DNA from: Paragordius varius | Taxonomy: Eukaryota > Animalia > Nematomorpha | DNA: 64,000 nt | Assembly (NCBI GenBank): GCA_964247055.1 | Contig: OZ176052.1 | Span: forward strand, 4,464,001 to 4,528,000 | Direction: 5' to 3' | In this document: in pieces, positions 28,493 to 41,156 of the stretch | How positions within the stretch are numbered: the first letter of the stretch is position 1 | Layout: each line of letters opens with the position of its first letter | The notes under the pieces: model-generated | Told to the model about the DNA's origin: nothing | Database searches by the model: none | What the model saw: the letters and a program-made list of their open reading frames with translations, nothing else | Position numbers and translations under genes: made by a program

Positions 28493-31394
28493 TTAACACT
28501 TCGATTAAAATTGGGGTATCTAAATACCCCAGACAATATTTAGGTTAAAATTTTCATAAAACTAATAAAAGAAACGGTCCCAATTTATATTTATGCTTCT
28601 ATCAATAAAAATTTTATAAAGAAGCCCAAATATTTAAATAAAATTTGGTTATGAAAAATAAGTTCCATATCAAACTATTTTGACGCCATTTTTTTACAAC
28701 ATCTCTGCACAATATCGTGTTTATTTGATTTTAACACTCCGATTCAAATTCGGGTATCTAAATACCCCAGACTAAATTTAATTTAATTTTTAAAAAAATA
28801 TTGGATGAAACGGTCCCAATTTAAATTTATGCTTCTATCCTAATAAAAATTATATAAATATGCCAAAATATTTAAATAAAATTTTGTTTTGAAAAAAAAG
28901 TTCCATGTCAAACTGCTTCGACGTCATTCTTTTTTAAAATTTTTGCAAAATATCGTCCTCATTTAATTTTAAGGGTAAAATTAAAGCTAATTTTTTATTT
29001 AAATTGCATCTAACATTGATAGAAATAGGAAAAAAAGTTTTAACACTTCGATTCAAATGGAGGTATCTAAATACCCCAGACTAAATTTAAATTAATATTT
29101 TTAAAAAAATACTGAAGAAAACGGTCCCAATTTAAATTTATGCTTCTATCCTGATATATATTATATAAATATGCCAAATAATCTTGATAAAATTCTGTTT
29201 TGAAAAAAAAAGCTCCATCTCAAACTACTTCGACGCCATTTTTATTTTACAAAATTTTTGCAAAATATCGTCTTTATTTAATTTTAAGGGTAAAACTAAA
29301 GCTAATTTTTTATATCAATTACATCTAACTTTGATAAAAAAAGAAAAAGCGGTTTAGTTAGTATAATTTTTCAATTTTACAATTTGACATATGTCACGTT
29401 GACGAAATTTTTACCTTTCGGTTTTAGCTAAAAATAAGTAATATCAACTATTTTTGAATAAAATTTTTTATATATTTCGGTTTATTAATGTTGGATAAGT
29501 GCAAAATTTTGCCATGGTTTCGATTCCTTCTATATTTTTTATTAATTTAATTTTAAACAGGCCTGGGGTATCCAACTACCCCAATTTGAATCGAAGAACT
29601 AAAATGAATGTGTTGTATCCAAGTGTTTATATTGTATTATTTTTTAATTTTACCATTGCACACATGTCACGTTGACTAAATTTGTACGTTTCGGTTTTAG
29701 CTTAAAATAAGTAATATCAAGTATTTTTGAATAAATTTTTTTATATACTTCGGTTTATTAACACTTCGATTCAAATTGGGGTATCTAAATACCCAAGACT
29801 AAATTTGAGTTAGAATTTTTAAAAAAAAAACTACTGAAAGAAACGGTCCCAATTTAAATTTATGCTTCTATCCTAATGAAAATTATATAAATATGCCAAA
29901 ATATTTCAATAAAATTTTGTTTTGAAAAAAAAGTTCCATGTCAAACTACTTCGCAGCCATTTTTATTTTACAAAACTTTTGCAAAATAACTTCATCATTT
30001 AATTTTAAGGGTAAAATTAAAGCTAAATTTTTATTTAAATTACATCTAACATTGATAGAAATAGAAAAAGCTGTTTATTTTGTAAAATTTTTCAAATTTA
30101 CCATTGCACGCATGTCACGTTGACTAAATTTTTACCTTTCGGTTTTAGCTTAAAATAAATAATATCAAGTATTTCTGAAAAAAATTAGTTATATATTTCG
30201 GTTTATTAATGTTATATAGGTGCAAGATTTTGCCATGGTTTCGATTCCTTCCATATTTAAAGAATTTAATTTTAAACAAGCTTGGGGTATTTAACTACCC
30301 CAATTTAAATCGAAGGACTAAAATAAATGTGTTGTTTCCAAGTGTTAATGTTATATAAGTGCAAAATTTCGCCATGGTTTCTTCCTTCCATATTTTTTTA
30401 AGAATTTAATTTTAAACAGCCCCGGGGTATCCATCTACCCCAATTTGAATCGAATGACTGTAATGAATGTGTTGTTTCCAAGTGTTAAAGCTAAAATGAA
30501 AGCTAATTTTTTATTTCACACTCCGATTCGAATTGGGGTATCGAAATACCCCAGAAAATATTTAAGTTGAAATTTTTACAAAACTAATGAAAGAAACGGT
30601 CCCAATTTATATTTATGCTTCTATTATTAAAATTCTATAAAGAAGCCCAAATATTTAAATAAAATTTGGTTTAGAAAAAAATACTATATCAAACTACTTC
30701 GACGCCTTTTTATTTTACAAAATTTTTGCAAAATATCGTCTTTATTTAATGGGTAAAATTAAAGCTAATTTTTATTTACATATAATATTGAAAGAAATAG
30801 AAAAAGCGATTTATTTTGTATTATTTTTCAATTTTACCATTGCACACATGTCACGTTGACTAAATTTTTACCTTTCGGTTTTAGCTTAAAATAAGTAATA
30901 TCAAGTATTTTTAATTAATATTTTTTATATATTTCTGTTTAATGTTATATAAGTGGAAAATTTTGCCATGGTTTCGATTCCTTCCATATTTTTTAAAAAA
31001 TTTGATTTTAAACAGGCCTGGGCTATTTATCTACCCCAATTTGAAGCGAAGGACTAAAATGAATATGATGTATCCAATTGTTTCACATCTGGCATTGATA
31101 AAAACAGAAAAAGTGGTTAATTTTGAATTATTTTTGAATTTAGCTTATGTACACTTGTCATGTTGACTGATTTTTTACCTTGAGATTTTACATAAAAATA
31201 AGTAATATCAAGTATTTTTGAATGAAATATTCTATATATTTCGGTACATTAATGTTATAAATGTGCGAATTTTTGCCATGGTTTCAATTCATTCCATATT
31301 TTTTGAATCATTTAAATTTAAACAGACCTGGGGTATCCAACTACCCCAATTTGAATCGAAGGACTGAAATGGATGTGTTGAATCCAAGTGTTAA
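28493..31394 (+). mobile_element. Five nested copies of piggyBac-type MITE family 1 (A 28493-31394; B 28731-30488; C 29040-29629; D 29758-30348; E 30519-31080)
   Basis: Each copy begins CACT(T/C)CGATT(C/A)(A/G)AAT..GGTATC and ends TACCCCAATTTGAA.CGAA...CAA(G/T)TG. Host copies resume exactly after each insert compared with the intact copy at 40587-41156. Confidence 0.85.
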
Positions 31395-33202
31395 ATACTT
31401 TTAAAGATATTCAAATTTTCAATTATTGTGGGATATAAAGCCACCCAAAAGGTAGAAGATGTTAATAATATTTTAGCAAAAACAATAAAAATAATGGTAC
31501 AACTCCTAAGCTCTGGGATAAAAAGACGTTCCAATATTCGTCTTCAACAATTGAAAAGATATTGTATTTAATTAAAAATGACTGTTAAATTATGAATTTA
31601 TTTTATGTATACTTCATTTAGTTTTGTCGGAGAAATTAAGGATATATAATATTGGGCAAAATTCAAAATCATTTTATTTTAACCCATTATATTATATTTT
31701 TTTCTTCAAACTTACAACCGCATTTTTGTTCAAAAAACTAGGAAATAAAAGTAAATAATGATTAAGATTAAAATTATTTACTAATAAATCTGCTTGATTA
31801 CATTTTGACAAACTGCTATTTTTTTGAATGGTTTGGGTGCATTTTTCTGGTAATTTAATATATATGTATATAATTTAATTATATATTAACAAAAACAACT
31901 CTCATAAAGTATTTGTACAAGTTTTATATGAGCACAATTCAGAAGAGAAATCCATCTATAAAATAACGTAAAAGTTATAAAGTCAACCCATTTTCACAAT
32001 CTAAAAGCTGTTTTAGGAAATTTTGCCAATCCAATATTTTTATAATCATTATATGGCCAATTAAGTCAATCACAGGATCATTTTGTTTACCATAGCCTTC
32101 TTAATAGATAACAATTAAGATATGAAACTGGCTGAAAAATTCAAAAACTAACTTAGTATCAAAACGAAATCCAATATAATTTAAATTTCATTTAAAACCA
32201 ATAGAATTAATATTTTTTTTAGCTTTTACCATTTATTACAAATTACCCACTATGAATTTTAAGGTCTTAATAAATGAACGTATATAATTTATGTCATGAC
32301 CTATAAGATTATTCCTTTAACATAGAAATTAACGCAAACGTTTATCATATTTTATTCAATAATTTCCGTTTGTAACCGTAAAATAAAAGCGGTTATTGAT
32401 GGCCGTTGAATTTTAGCTGGCATGAAGGATCAAAATATTGGATTATTTTGCAAATACAACACTTAATTATATTAATTAAATCATGGTAGGGATAAAAATT
32501 AGTGTTAAGCGTTACGTGTGAGTACCGTCGATAACCGAAAACATTTATTTTCCATAATTACTGTCTGCTCTGATAATTAGTTTTGCCCTAGCCTAAAATA
32601 AATTATTTTATTTAAAGAGTAAAATTAGCTAATCTGAATTGTCAACCAATTAATTTTTTTACCAACTAATCAGTATCCTATTTTATAATATATATATATA
32701 TATATATATATTCCACAAAAACCATTTCAAACCATAAATAATATATTTTTAAATGTCAAAAAATCAGGCTGATTGACACAATTGACTCCGCAATTCAAAT
32801 TTTTAAAATCATCCAAGTTTTGAATGATAATCGCATTAAACTGTGGAAATTTAAAACTCTTATTTTCAAACCTGTTTTTTGAATGAATTAATCATGAAAT
32901 AACTTGGAAATAGCATCTATTCCTAAATGAAAGGGGAATACAGTCTAATTAATTTGTTTAGAAGAGTTAATTAATAAAGAAAACACGTAGGCTATAAATA
33001 TTTCTAATATTTTTCAAAAATTTAACTGTAATCGTATCAATAAAATATTGGCTGATACATTTAAATATTTATAATATTCATTTATTTATTGTAAATTATA
33101 ATGGTACATTTGGTGACTATATAATTTTTGAGGCTTTTTTTATAAATTATTTTAAGCTTTTATACAAAATATGTTTGTAATGTAACTTTATTTGGTTATA
33201 AA

Positions 33203-34726
33203 TTATTGACCGCAAAAGCTTTTAAATGAATGCACACACCATAATGTCGTTTCCCTACAGAGTTTCCTAAAATTGTGATTGAATATCAAAAATATGTAAA
33301 ATGATACACAGTGACCCGCTAAATTCAATAAATTTGTGATGACCAACGAATCTCGAAACCGACAATCAACGCTTTCCATGAATTGACACCTAACTTTGTT
33401 AAAAATGCTGGTTATAATAGCTTGTGGAATTTCACATATCAAAAAATTTATCATAATGGTTATTTGCAATACAGTGGCTTTGGCCTCCTCACCCTTTATC
33501 ACATTCGATTCAAGGGAATTATGTTTTGTGTTTTGGAATATTGATTCATTTCCATTATTCCTGTTGTTATATGAAGGGTTGGAAGTCGTTCTAAAGTTTA
33601 ATAAAAATTGTTTGTTACGATAATACATCCTATGCTCCACAATTATAAAATAGCTTAGAATAGCGATTGTTATAATTGGAATTCCAACCACCAAAACCTC
33701 TCTTATGGCCTCAAACAAAGTAAAAGCTTGAGTTAGGGATATGGGTGTTCCATTTATGAGTAAATATCCACTATAAACATTTTTTGTGTACCAAAATTGA
33801 TTAGAGCCCTTATTATTACCATTATGATGGTACAAGTAGGTCGTGTTTGAATACTTGAATGATTCTACAAATCTCCAAAACTTGGTATCATTTCTGCGTC
33901 CAATCTTTTGTAACATTACGATTTTCTCGATGTAACCAGTGTGGAACCAAAATACAGTTGTACTTTCCATAACAGTTGATATTACAATAATGACAACACA
34001 AGCTATATAAGCTGTTTTGGATGTGGCATAGGTTTTATATCTAAACGGTAATTTTAATGCTATAAATCGATCAACAGTCATGGCTAAAATCAAGCCGATA
34101 GAAATTTTAGAGAATATATTCCGCAATGGGAACTCGGCTTTAGCCAAGAATTCTGTGAATTCCAACGTCCTCATAAACTTTGTATGGACAAAAGCGCCCC
34201 AATAATTTAATATTGGCCATGGGATGATAGTTAAACAAAAAACGAAATTCGTTAAAGCCAAAAATTCGGCATACAATGTGGTGGCCATTACTTTTTGTTT
34301 AGAAGCTGATGTTCCTTTTCTGCGTTTATTTGCTGCAAATAAACGCTTGAGACCCGATTTTATCTTCATATGAAGTAAATGTTTTATTATTTCTTCTTTT
34401 CGGCTTAATCGCAGTTTAGGATGTCTCCCTGCATTTTGCGATATATTGGTCGCCACATTTATATTCCCGTATCCGAGATATGGTATATCTTTTATTGTGT
34501 TTAATGTATCTTTTCCTTTAATTTGTTTTCGTAACGTCTGGTTTGTTTCGTCCGATTTAATTTTGCGAGAATATCGGAAAGCAATATACATAAATAGATT
34601 ACCAAATAACCCCAAAAGTGTGAGTATGGGTGATATAAAGCAATACGCTATAATTTCTGATGTTAGTGCAAAAAAACCGATAACTGTAGAATTTAAATTA
34701 TTATGGTTGTTTTCAGTAAAATTCAT
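33203..34726 (-). CDS. Single-exon class A (rhodopsin-like) GPCR, FMRFamide/peptide-receptor-like, 507 aa
   Basis: Seven hydrophobic segments; TM1 GLFGN, TM3 MTVDRFIAL..PF, TM6 FLICEIP, TM7 SFYIF followed by NHNFR; N-terminal N-glycosylation sequons. Confidence 0.9.
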   Translation of the reverse strand: MNFTENNHNNLNSTVIGFFALTSEIIAYCFISPILTLLGLFGNLFMYIAFRYSRKIKSDETNQTLRKQIKGKDTLNTIKDIPYLGYGNINVATNISQNAGRHPKLRLSRKEEIIKHLLHMKIKSGLKRLFAANKRRKGTSASKQKVMATTLYAEFLALTNFVFCLTIIPWPILNYWGAFVHTKFMRTLEFTEFLAKAEFPLRNIFSKISIGLILAMTVDRFIALKLPFRYKTYATSKTAYIACVVIIVISTVMESTTVFWFHTGYIEKIVMLQKIGRRNDTKFWRFVESFKYSNTTYLYHHNGNNKGSNQFWYTKNVYSGYLLINGTPISLTQAFTLFEAIREVLVVGIPIITIAILSYFIIVEHRMYYRNKQFLLNFRTTSNPSYNNRNNGNESIFQNTKHNSLESNVIKGEEAKATVLQITIMINFLICEIPQAIITSIFNKVRCQFMESVDCRFRDSLVITNLLNLAGHCVSFYIFLIFNHNFRKLCRETTLWCVHSFKSFCGQ

Positions 34727-36585
34727 TTTTATCGGTTAAGATCTGTTTTACAACAGTTTATATAATAAAAAACATGGTACGTTCCCTGGGAATGTTTATT
34801 GTCATTGAAAACTTTAACCAAAAAAATATGAGTTAAGATCAAAAAGACACTATTATATTTTTATATTTTATTTGCAAGGGATGCCACCTTTGAATTAGTG
34901 TCAAAAATTTAATTTGCACTTATATCAATGATAAAAGTTGGTGGTGTTTTAAATGCAATTATAATTTTATTTCATCAGTGACCTCTGTATGTTTAGGTTG
35001 ATGGATAGTGGATAAAGTAGCGGAATAAAGCTAACTTATAAATAAATTTATATATTTTTGATGTCATTGTTTAATTAAAACCACGCCTTCCTAAAAAGTT
35101 TTCGTTGAATTTTTAAAACTTTTAGGAGTTTGATAATAAATAATTAATATTAATATATTTATTAAGTAGGATTTTTAAGCTGTTATTAGTTCGGTTTTCG
35201 AAACAAATATATACAAGCTTTTTCTAAACATTTAAATCTTATTATTTCCGATTTCACATAATAAAAAGGTATTAGGATTATCATGCTTTTGGTTTTGGGC
35301 CTTACTTCACTTTTTTGGAAAATTACTGCATATTAATAAATTATTTTTGGTAAGAACTGAATGCTTCATTCCAAACACCCTAAGCTATATTTATAAAGGA
35401 AAACGATATTTTCCTTAAATTTTAATTTGCATTTTTGGCCCTGGGAGATGCCGATGTTTCGCGATAATAACTTACTTATTCGATTGAAGTGTTAATAATC
35501 TTGACCATTATCTTATATATAATATTATATTCATAAAAGTGGCTTTCTACCGTTTTCAGAATGCTTCAGCTGTAATACGACCAATCAAAACTTTGTTAAA
35601 AATTAAAAAAAAAATTTTTGTGAAATATTTTTGATGTCTCAATCTAGCTATATATACTATAATTTTTAATTGCAAATTAACGTTTTTTTGGTATAATTAA
35701 AAAAAGTTGTTTAGACAAGGCATTGAGATTTTTGGAGCCCAATCTAATTTTTTAAAAATCATATTTTTATTATCATTTTGGAATGAAGCGCTAAATTAAA
35801 ATCAAATAAATGGGCCTTTTTTAACTCTTCGACATGGAGGAATTACATGACTTGTAAGGTCCATAACTAAATCCACTATATAAGATATGTTTCATCAACA
35901 TATTTTTTATTCCCCCTGTTTCAATAAAAATATCCGAAGAAAAAAAGTTGTTTTTATATTAAAGGTGTTTATTTTAAATGATATAATCACTGAACACTGA
36001 ATCGGGGGCTAAACATTATCCTGATCAAATATGCATACATTGGTAAATAAATGCATCAGGAACCTTATGGTGCTTTTTGTTTGGGGCTTATGAATGTTCA
36101 AAAAAAATTATGCTTAACACTATATTAGCTTTTGGGGAAGTTTTATATCCCAGAGCGATTTAAAATTTGAATATATCTTAAATAGTAATTAAGATAATAG
36201 GCCAAATTCTTTTCACTTTTTTGTCCGCGATGACATATTAATGTAGTTTAATACCCCAGAGCTCAATCTTGTAAAAAACTATTGTGTACGTTATTTATTT
36301 AAATTTAAATATAAAACTCCTGTAATAGATAAAAATGCTTTTATTGAGTTTTATAACTTCGAGAGTCTAAAATTTAGACAGCTCCAAAACCCGATTCAAC
36401 AAAACAGATGTTTTAAAATATATTAATAAATATGTTTGTTCTGTAAATTGCAACTTGAAAGCGCTTTTTAGTTAATTTACATTATCAAACCATAATAAAC
36501 ATTTTAATGGTAATTAACGGATTGGTTATGTTTTGTAATAACAGTTGTTAAAATCCGTAATATAACGATAAAGGATAATTAAATA

Positions 36586-36797
36586 TAATTAAATGAAATT
36601 ATAAATAGAAATTATAAACGATATGTAAAACCCTTCGTCAATAGTAATCGCAGACTAGTTTCGTGCTTGTTAGCACTCATCAGTACGACACAACTATTTG
36701 ACTTGGGGTTTTTACATATGGATTTCAGTCTGCGATTACTATTGACGAAGGGTTTCACATATCGTTTATAATTTCTATTTATAATTTCATTTAATTA
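36586..36797. repeat. 71-bp inverted repeat (36586-36656 / 36727-36797) with a 70-nt spacer; probable Penelope-like pseudo-LTR remnant
   Basis: The arms are reverse complements with one mismatch by manual comparison, and the spacer carries a hammerhead ribozyme core. Confidence 0.9.
36647..36689 (-). ncRNA. Minimal type I hammerhead ribozyme
   Basis: Minus strand GUCGUA-CUGAUGA-GUGCU-AACA-AGCAC-GAAA-C-UA-GUC^UGCGAU: complete catalytic core, 5-bp stem II, palindromic ACUAGU stem III, 6-bp stem I (two G-U pairs). Predicted cleavage between 36653 and 36652. Confidence 0.85.
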
Positions 36798-38459
36798 CAT
36801 AATAAACATTTGTTTGCCTATATTATCAATTTATGATTTTAAGCAAAAAAATGCTGGCTAAAAGGTTTCAGACCAGAATTTTTTCGAATATACATTGTTT
36901 TAAAGGAAAAAATTTGTATTATACGCCTAAAAGCGTAAAGAGAGTATCATAAATTAGGCTTAAAACCTTAAATACTTTTTGAGATTTTAAGGTTTAAAAT
37001 CGCTCTGGAATACAAAACTACCCCAAAAGGTCATCAAGTGCTAATTGATCGTTGCCCGATATTTTAAAATGCAATTGGCGCACATTTTGTTAAATTAAAA
37101 AAAATTTTTGCCAAAAACTAAAGGATTAAAATATATGATGTACTTATATGTATATATATATATATATAAAGCAAAACAATTTATTTTAATGTTGGAGATG
37201 TGGGAATGGGTCTCAATTTTTTGCCCCATCTTAAAGGGTAATTCAATTCCGAAATTTCACAATTAATTTTTTTAATATGTGCAGGAGAAATTTGTTTAGC
37301 TTTTCGATACAAATTGGGAGTATTCAGTGACCACAAACTATATTAAGTTGTTAAAAATATACCGAAATAAAAGGTTCCAATTTAAATTTCTTCTATCCTA
37401 ATAAAAATTATATAAATAAGCGATAACAGTTAAAAATATTTTAGTTAAAAAAAAATCAATATTAAACTTCTTCAACGCCTTTTTAATTTTACGAAATTTT
37501 TGGAATGTATGGTGGTTACTCCCCGCTATAATTAAAGTTTAATTATTATTAAAGTATATCTTACATTAATATAAACAGAAAAAAGGTTTAAATTGAAGTA
37601 TTTTAATATTTAGTCAATCATGTCATGTTTAATTTTTTTCCCTTGATGCCATAAAATAAGGAATATTAAGTTTTTTAAATGAATGTTTTTGATATTTCGG
37701 TAGATCAATGACATATAAGTGCATTGCAATGGTTTTAATTTGTTCATTATTTTAAAAAGAGATCTTGAAAGACTCCAATTTGAATCCGAGGACTGTGATT
37801 GTGTTGTATACAAGTGTCTGATAAGATGCAATTACTACAAAAGTGATTATAGCTTTCTTATAATCCCCTTAAGGACCAAAACAAGTATCATAATTCGGAT
37901 AGATTTTTCTATCAGGATATTTTTTTATACCCCCCGATTTTTAACCCTGTGCTAAACGTTGATGGAGCGAAATTTAAAAAATTCAAAATGACTCAATATA
38001 TTTTATGTATAAACTTGAAATTAAAAATTTAGCTAATGCCATGTAGGCATTAGTTAAATAACATAAACCACTATTCCTGTTTATATCATAATTAGATGTT
38101 ATAATATAAAATTTTTGATTTTAACGGAATAAAAAACTCGATATTTTTAAAAATGCTGCAAAATAAAAATAGCATCGGCAATTTAATATGAAACTTTTTT
38201 GAAACCAAATTTTATTTGGACATTTTGGCTTATTATTTAATTTTTTATGATTAAATCATAAATTTGAATTATAACCGTTTATTAGGCTATTTTTTTTAAA
38301 AAAATATCAATTTAAATATAGTCTCAGGTCATTAGACACCCCAATTTAAGTCAAAGGATAAATTTTTTTTGGTGAAAGCTACATGGGTTATTCCAAAAAA
38401 TATCCCTTGAATTATAAACTACATATAGAAAGCAAAACCATATTTTTAAATTTAAAGAA

Positions 38460-39110
38460 AGAGGCATCGTAAGTCCCAAACTTTTTCGCTCCCCTAAAAT
38501 GAAGTTCTCTTAAAACAAACGCAAAAATGTCGACATTGCGCGATGAAAATCAATGCTAAATTTTGATATAAAATAATAATATTTTTCATTGTTTTTCTAA
38601 AAATTTAATTCTTAGTAAAATTTAGTTGAATCGTACTTCCTACTTATAAGCATAATAAAAACGGTATAAAAACGCCTTTAAATATTGTAAAACCCTTTTT
38701 CTATATAATTTGGTAATGCTGAACATTTCTATCATTTCAGAATTTTGATTAAAATATTTGGTTGTCCTAAATTTTCAAATATAAACTGTGTTTTATATAA
38801 AATCACCAAAATTTCAAAGTTGAACATTTAAATAAATATATCGATGAAAATGTTCAGCATCATCAAATTATATAGAAAAAGTGTTTTTAATATCTAAAAG
38901 CGTTTTTCGTTCATGCCTAAAAAAGAATGAAGTACCCTCAACAAAATTTTGCTTAAAACATAATTTTTGTAAAAAGTATGCATTTTTTAAAAGATATTTT
39001 TTATGTCAAAATTTAGCATATATTTAAAAATTTTATCGCCTAATCTTGGCATTTTGCGTTTTTAAAGAACTAGCCCGTTTTAAAAGAAATTGGGACCTTT
39101 GGTGCCTACA
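38460..39110. repeat. Old foldback/palindromic MITE-like element
   Basis: TTTTTCTATATAATTTGGTAATGCTGAACATTT (~38696-38735) pairs with AAATGTTCAGCATCATCAAATTATATAGAAAAA (~38848-38880). Looser inverted similarity extends about 250 bp outward. Confidence 0.55.
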
Positions 39111-39480
39111 TCTAAAAATTAAAATATTATAATATTATTTATTGTTTTTATAAAGGGTTAATGTCATATTATATTTTTTGAAATGAAGCATTTAGCTTTT
39201 ATCACCGATTTTCTGATATGGATCACTTATCACAAAAGTGTAAATAACTTTCCTATACACTCGTAGGCCAAAACCAAAAGCACCATGAGATTCCAGACAC
39301 ATTTTTCTATCCTAATATTATTTCAACATAATATATTTTTGTGTACACTGTGTAGGTGTTATTTTTTAATATCAATTAAAAATATTTTTTGAATACATAC
39401 TTTTTCAAAATATGATTTTTAGCAATTTTGTGGAAGCATATTTCACTATCTTTTAACATGATAAAACGGTACAAAAACGC

Positions 39481-40318
39481 TTAACACTCCATTACCTTTT
39501 GAGGTACTTTTATAAAGCTATATGAAATTTGAATGTCTTAAAGTATTAAAGAATATGCTTCCTTTAATCTAGGAGATATATACCAAAAATTTTTTAATTG
39601 TAAAAAAATCCTCATCTCACACTTTCCGTTATTTTTTTATATAAAACTTTTTTAAATCGCTAATGCAACATAGAAATTGTATATTTTGGTTAAAAAATAT
39701 AATAACAAGCTTTCAGGCTACATATTGCAAGCAACTTGATATATTTTGATTTTAATATTAGATGTTCCTTCCAATCGTGTTTTATAACGGTCCATCTTTT
39801 AGACTCCGTAGTCACAAAACTGTAAAAATATAAGCTTTAATTTATTCCACCTTTTGGGGTTGTTTTATATCCCTGAATTTGGATATTAAAAATTATTTAA
39901 GGTAGGAAGCCACATTTAAAAATATGTATTTTATAGCCTTTAATGCGCATTTTACAAAAAATTTAATATAAAAGAATGTAAAATTGCATAAAATCATCTC
40001 AAACTTTTTTGACCCCATTTTTTCTATAAATTATTATTAAATGGCTAATGCAACAAGCAAATTAATGTATACTATGGTGGCTTTCAGACTATATTTCACC
40101 AGCTAAAACTTGATTTATTTTTATAGTAACAACAGCTGTTTGTTTTAAACCTGTTTCGAAGCTGTTCTAATTTTACAGTCAAGAAGTTACAAAACTATAA
40201 AAAATATAAACTATTTTAAATACATAACAATGTTTAATAATTAAATTTTATCGAGCTCTGTATATTTCCCCCAAAAGGTAAACTAGGACAAAAAAGTGAA
40301 AAGGAAATCAAGTGTTAA
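39481..40318. mobile_element. Second TTAA-flanked (piggyBac-like) non-autonomous element, family 2
   Basis: TTAA|CACTCCATTACCTTTT ... AAAAGGAAATCAAGTG|TTAA. Fragments with the GGGATATAAAACTACCCCAAAAG-like motif also occur near 28200-28280, 36130, 37010, 62600-62642 and 63745-63800. Confidence 0.6.
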
Positions 40319-40586
40319 TCATGAGAACAATATTTGATACATTTTAACTAGAATAATTAAAACTGTAGATTATTTACAGGACTGGGATATAAAACTACCC
40401 AATATATAAAATAGCACAAAAAGTGAAAAGTTATGTAGAGTATTAAGAAATATATTAAAATTCGATTCTGCCAAAAAAAATTTCCTTCAGAAATTTAAAG
40501 GTTCTTTTAATAAAAAAATGTGAATTTTTTTAAACACGATTTTTATCTTAATTCCGAGGTGAGGTAATTGTTCAACATCCTTGAAT

Positions 40587-41156
40587 TTAAAACTTCGATT
40601 CAAATTGGGGTATCTAAATACCCCAGCTATATTTAAATTGAAATTATTAAAAAACTACTGAAAGAAACGGTCCCAATTTAAATTTATGCTATTCTAATCA
40701 AAATTATATAAATAAGCCGAAATATCTAAATAAAATTTGGTTATAAGAAAGAAAAATGTTCCATATCAAACTACTTGGACCCCATTTTTATTTCACAACA
40801 TTTTTGCAAAATATCGTGTGTATTTGATTTTAAAGCTAAAATGAAAGCTAATTTATTATTTAAATCACATCTAACATTGATAGAAACAGGAAAATCAGTT
40901 AATTTTGTAATTTTTTTAATTAAGCTAATGCATGTTAACTAAATTTTTACCTTGGGGTTTTACCAAAAATAAGTAATATCAAGTATTTTTAATTAAAATT
41001 TTTTATATATTTCGGTTCATTAATATATGAATGCAAATTCTTGCCATGGTTTCAATTCATTCCATATTTTTTGAAATATTTAATTTTAAACAGGGGGTAT
41101 CCAACTACCCAAATTTGAATCGAGGGACTGAAAAATGTGTTGTATCCAAGTGTTAA
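40587..41156 (+). mobile_element. Full-length uninterrupted piggyBac-type MITE family 1 (~570 bp)
   Basis: TTAA flanks. The left end carries the terminal and internal repeats adjacent, while the right end separates them by a ~25-bp spacer, the asymmetry characteristic of piggyBac ends. Confidence 0.85.

Noticed and set aside
29938-31166. ORFs 29938-30123 and 30942-31166 (also 61552-61749, 61910-62110, 62789-62980, 62925-63134, 37610-37955)
   Set aside because: These are chance ORFs inside MITE copies; they are not conserved in frame between copies and show no protein motifs.
28493-31394. Regularly recurring ~36-bp palindromic sequences resembling a CRISPR array
   Set aside because: They are MITE termini separated by hundreds of bases of mutually homologous sequence, not unique spacers, in a eukaryotic context with no cas genes.
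33396-34739. Plus-strand ORFs opposite the GPCR (similarly 944-1135, 4594-5028, 11230-11539, 53780-54620, 57898-58347)
   Set aside because: These are antisense or alternative-frame shadows of real coding sequence.
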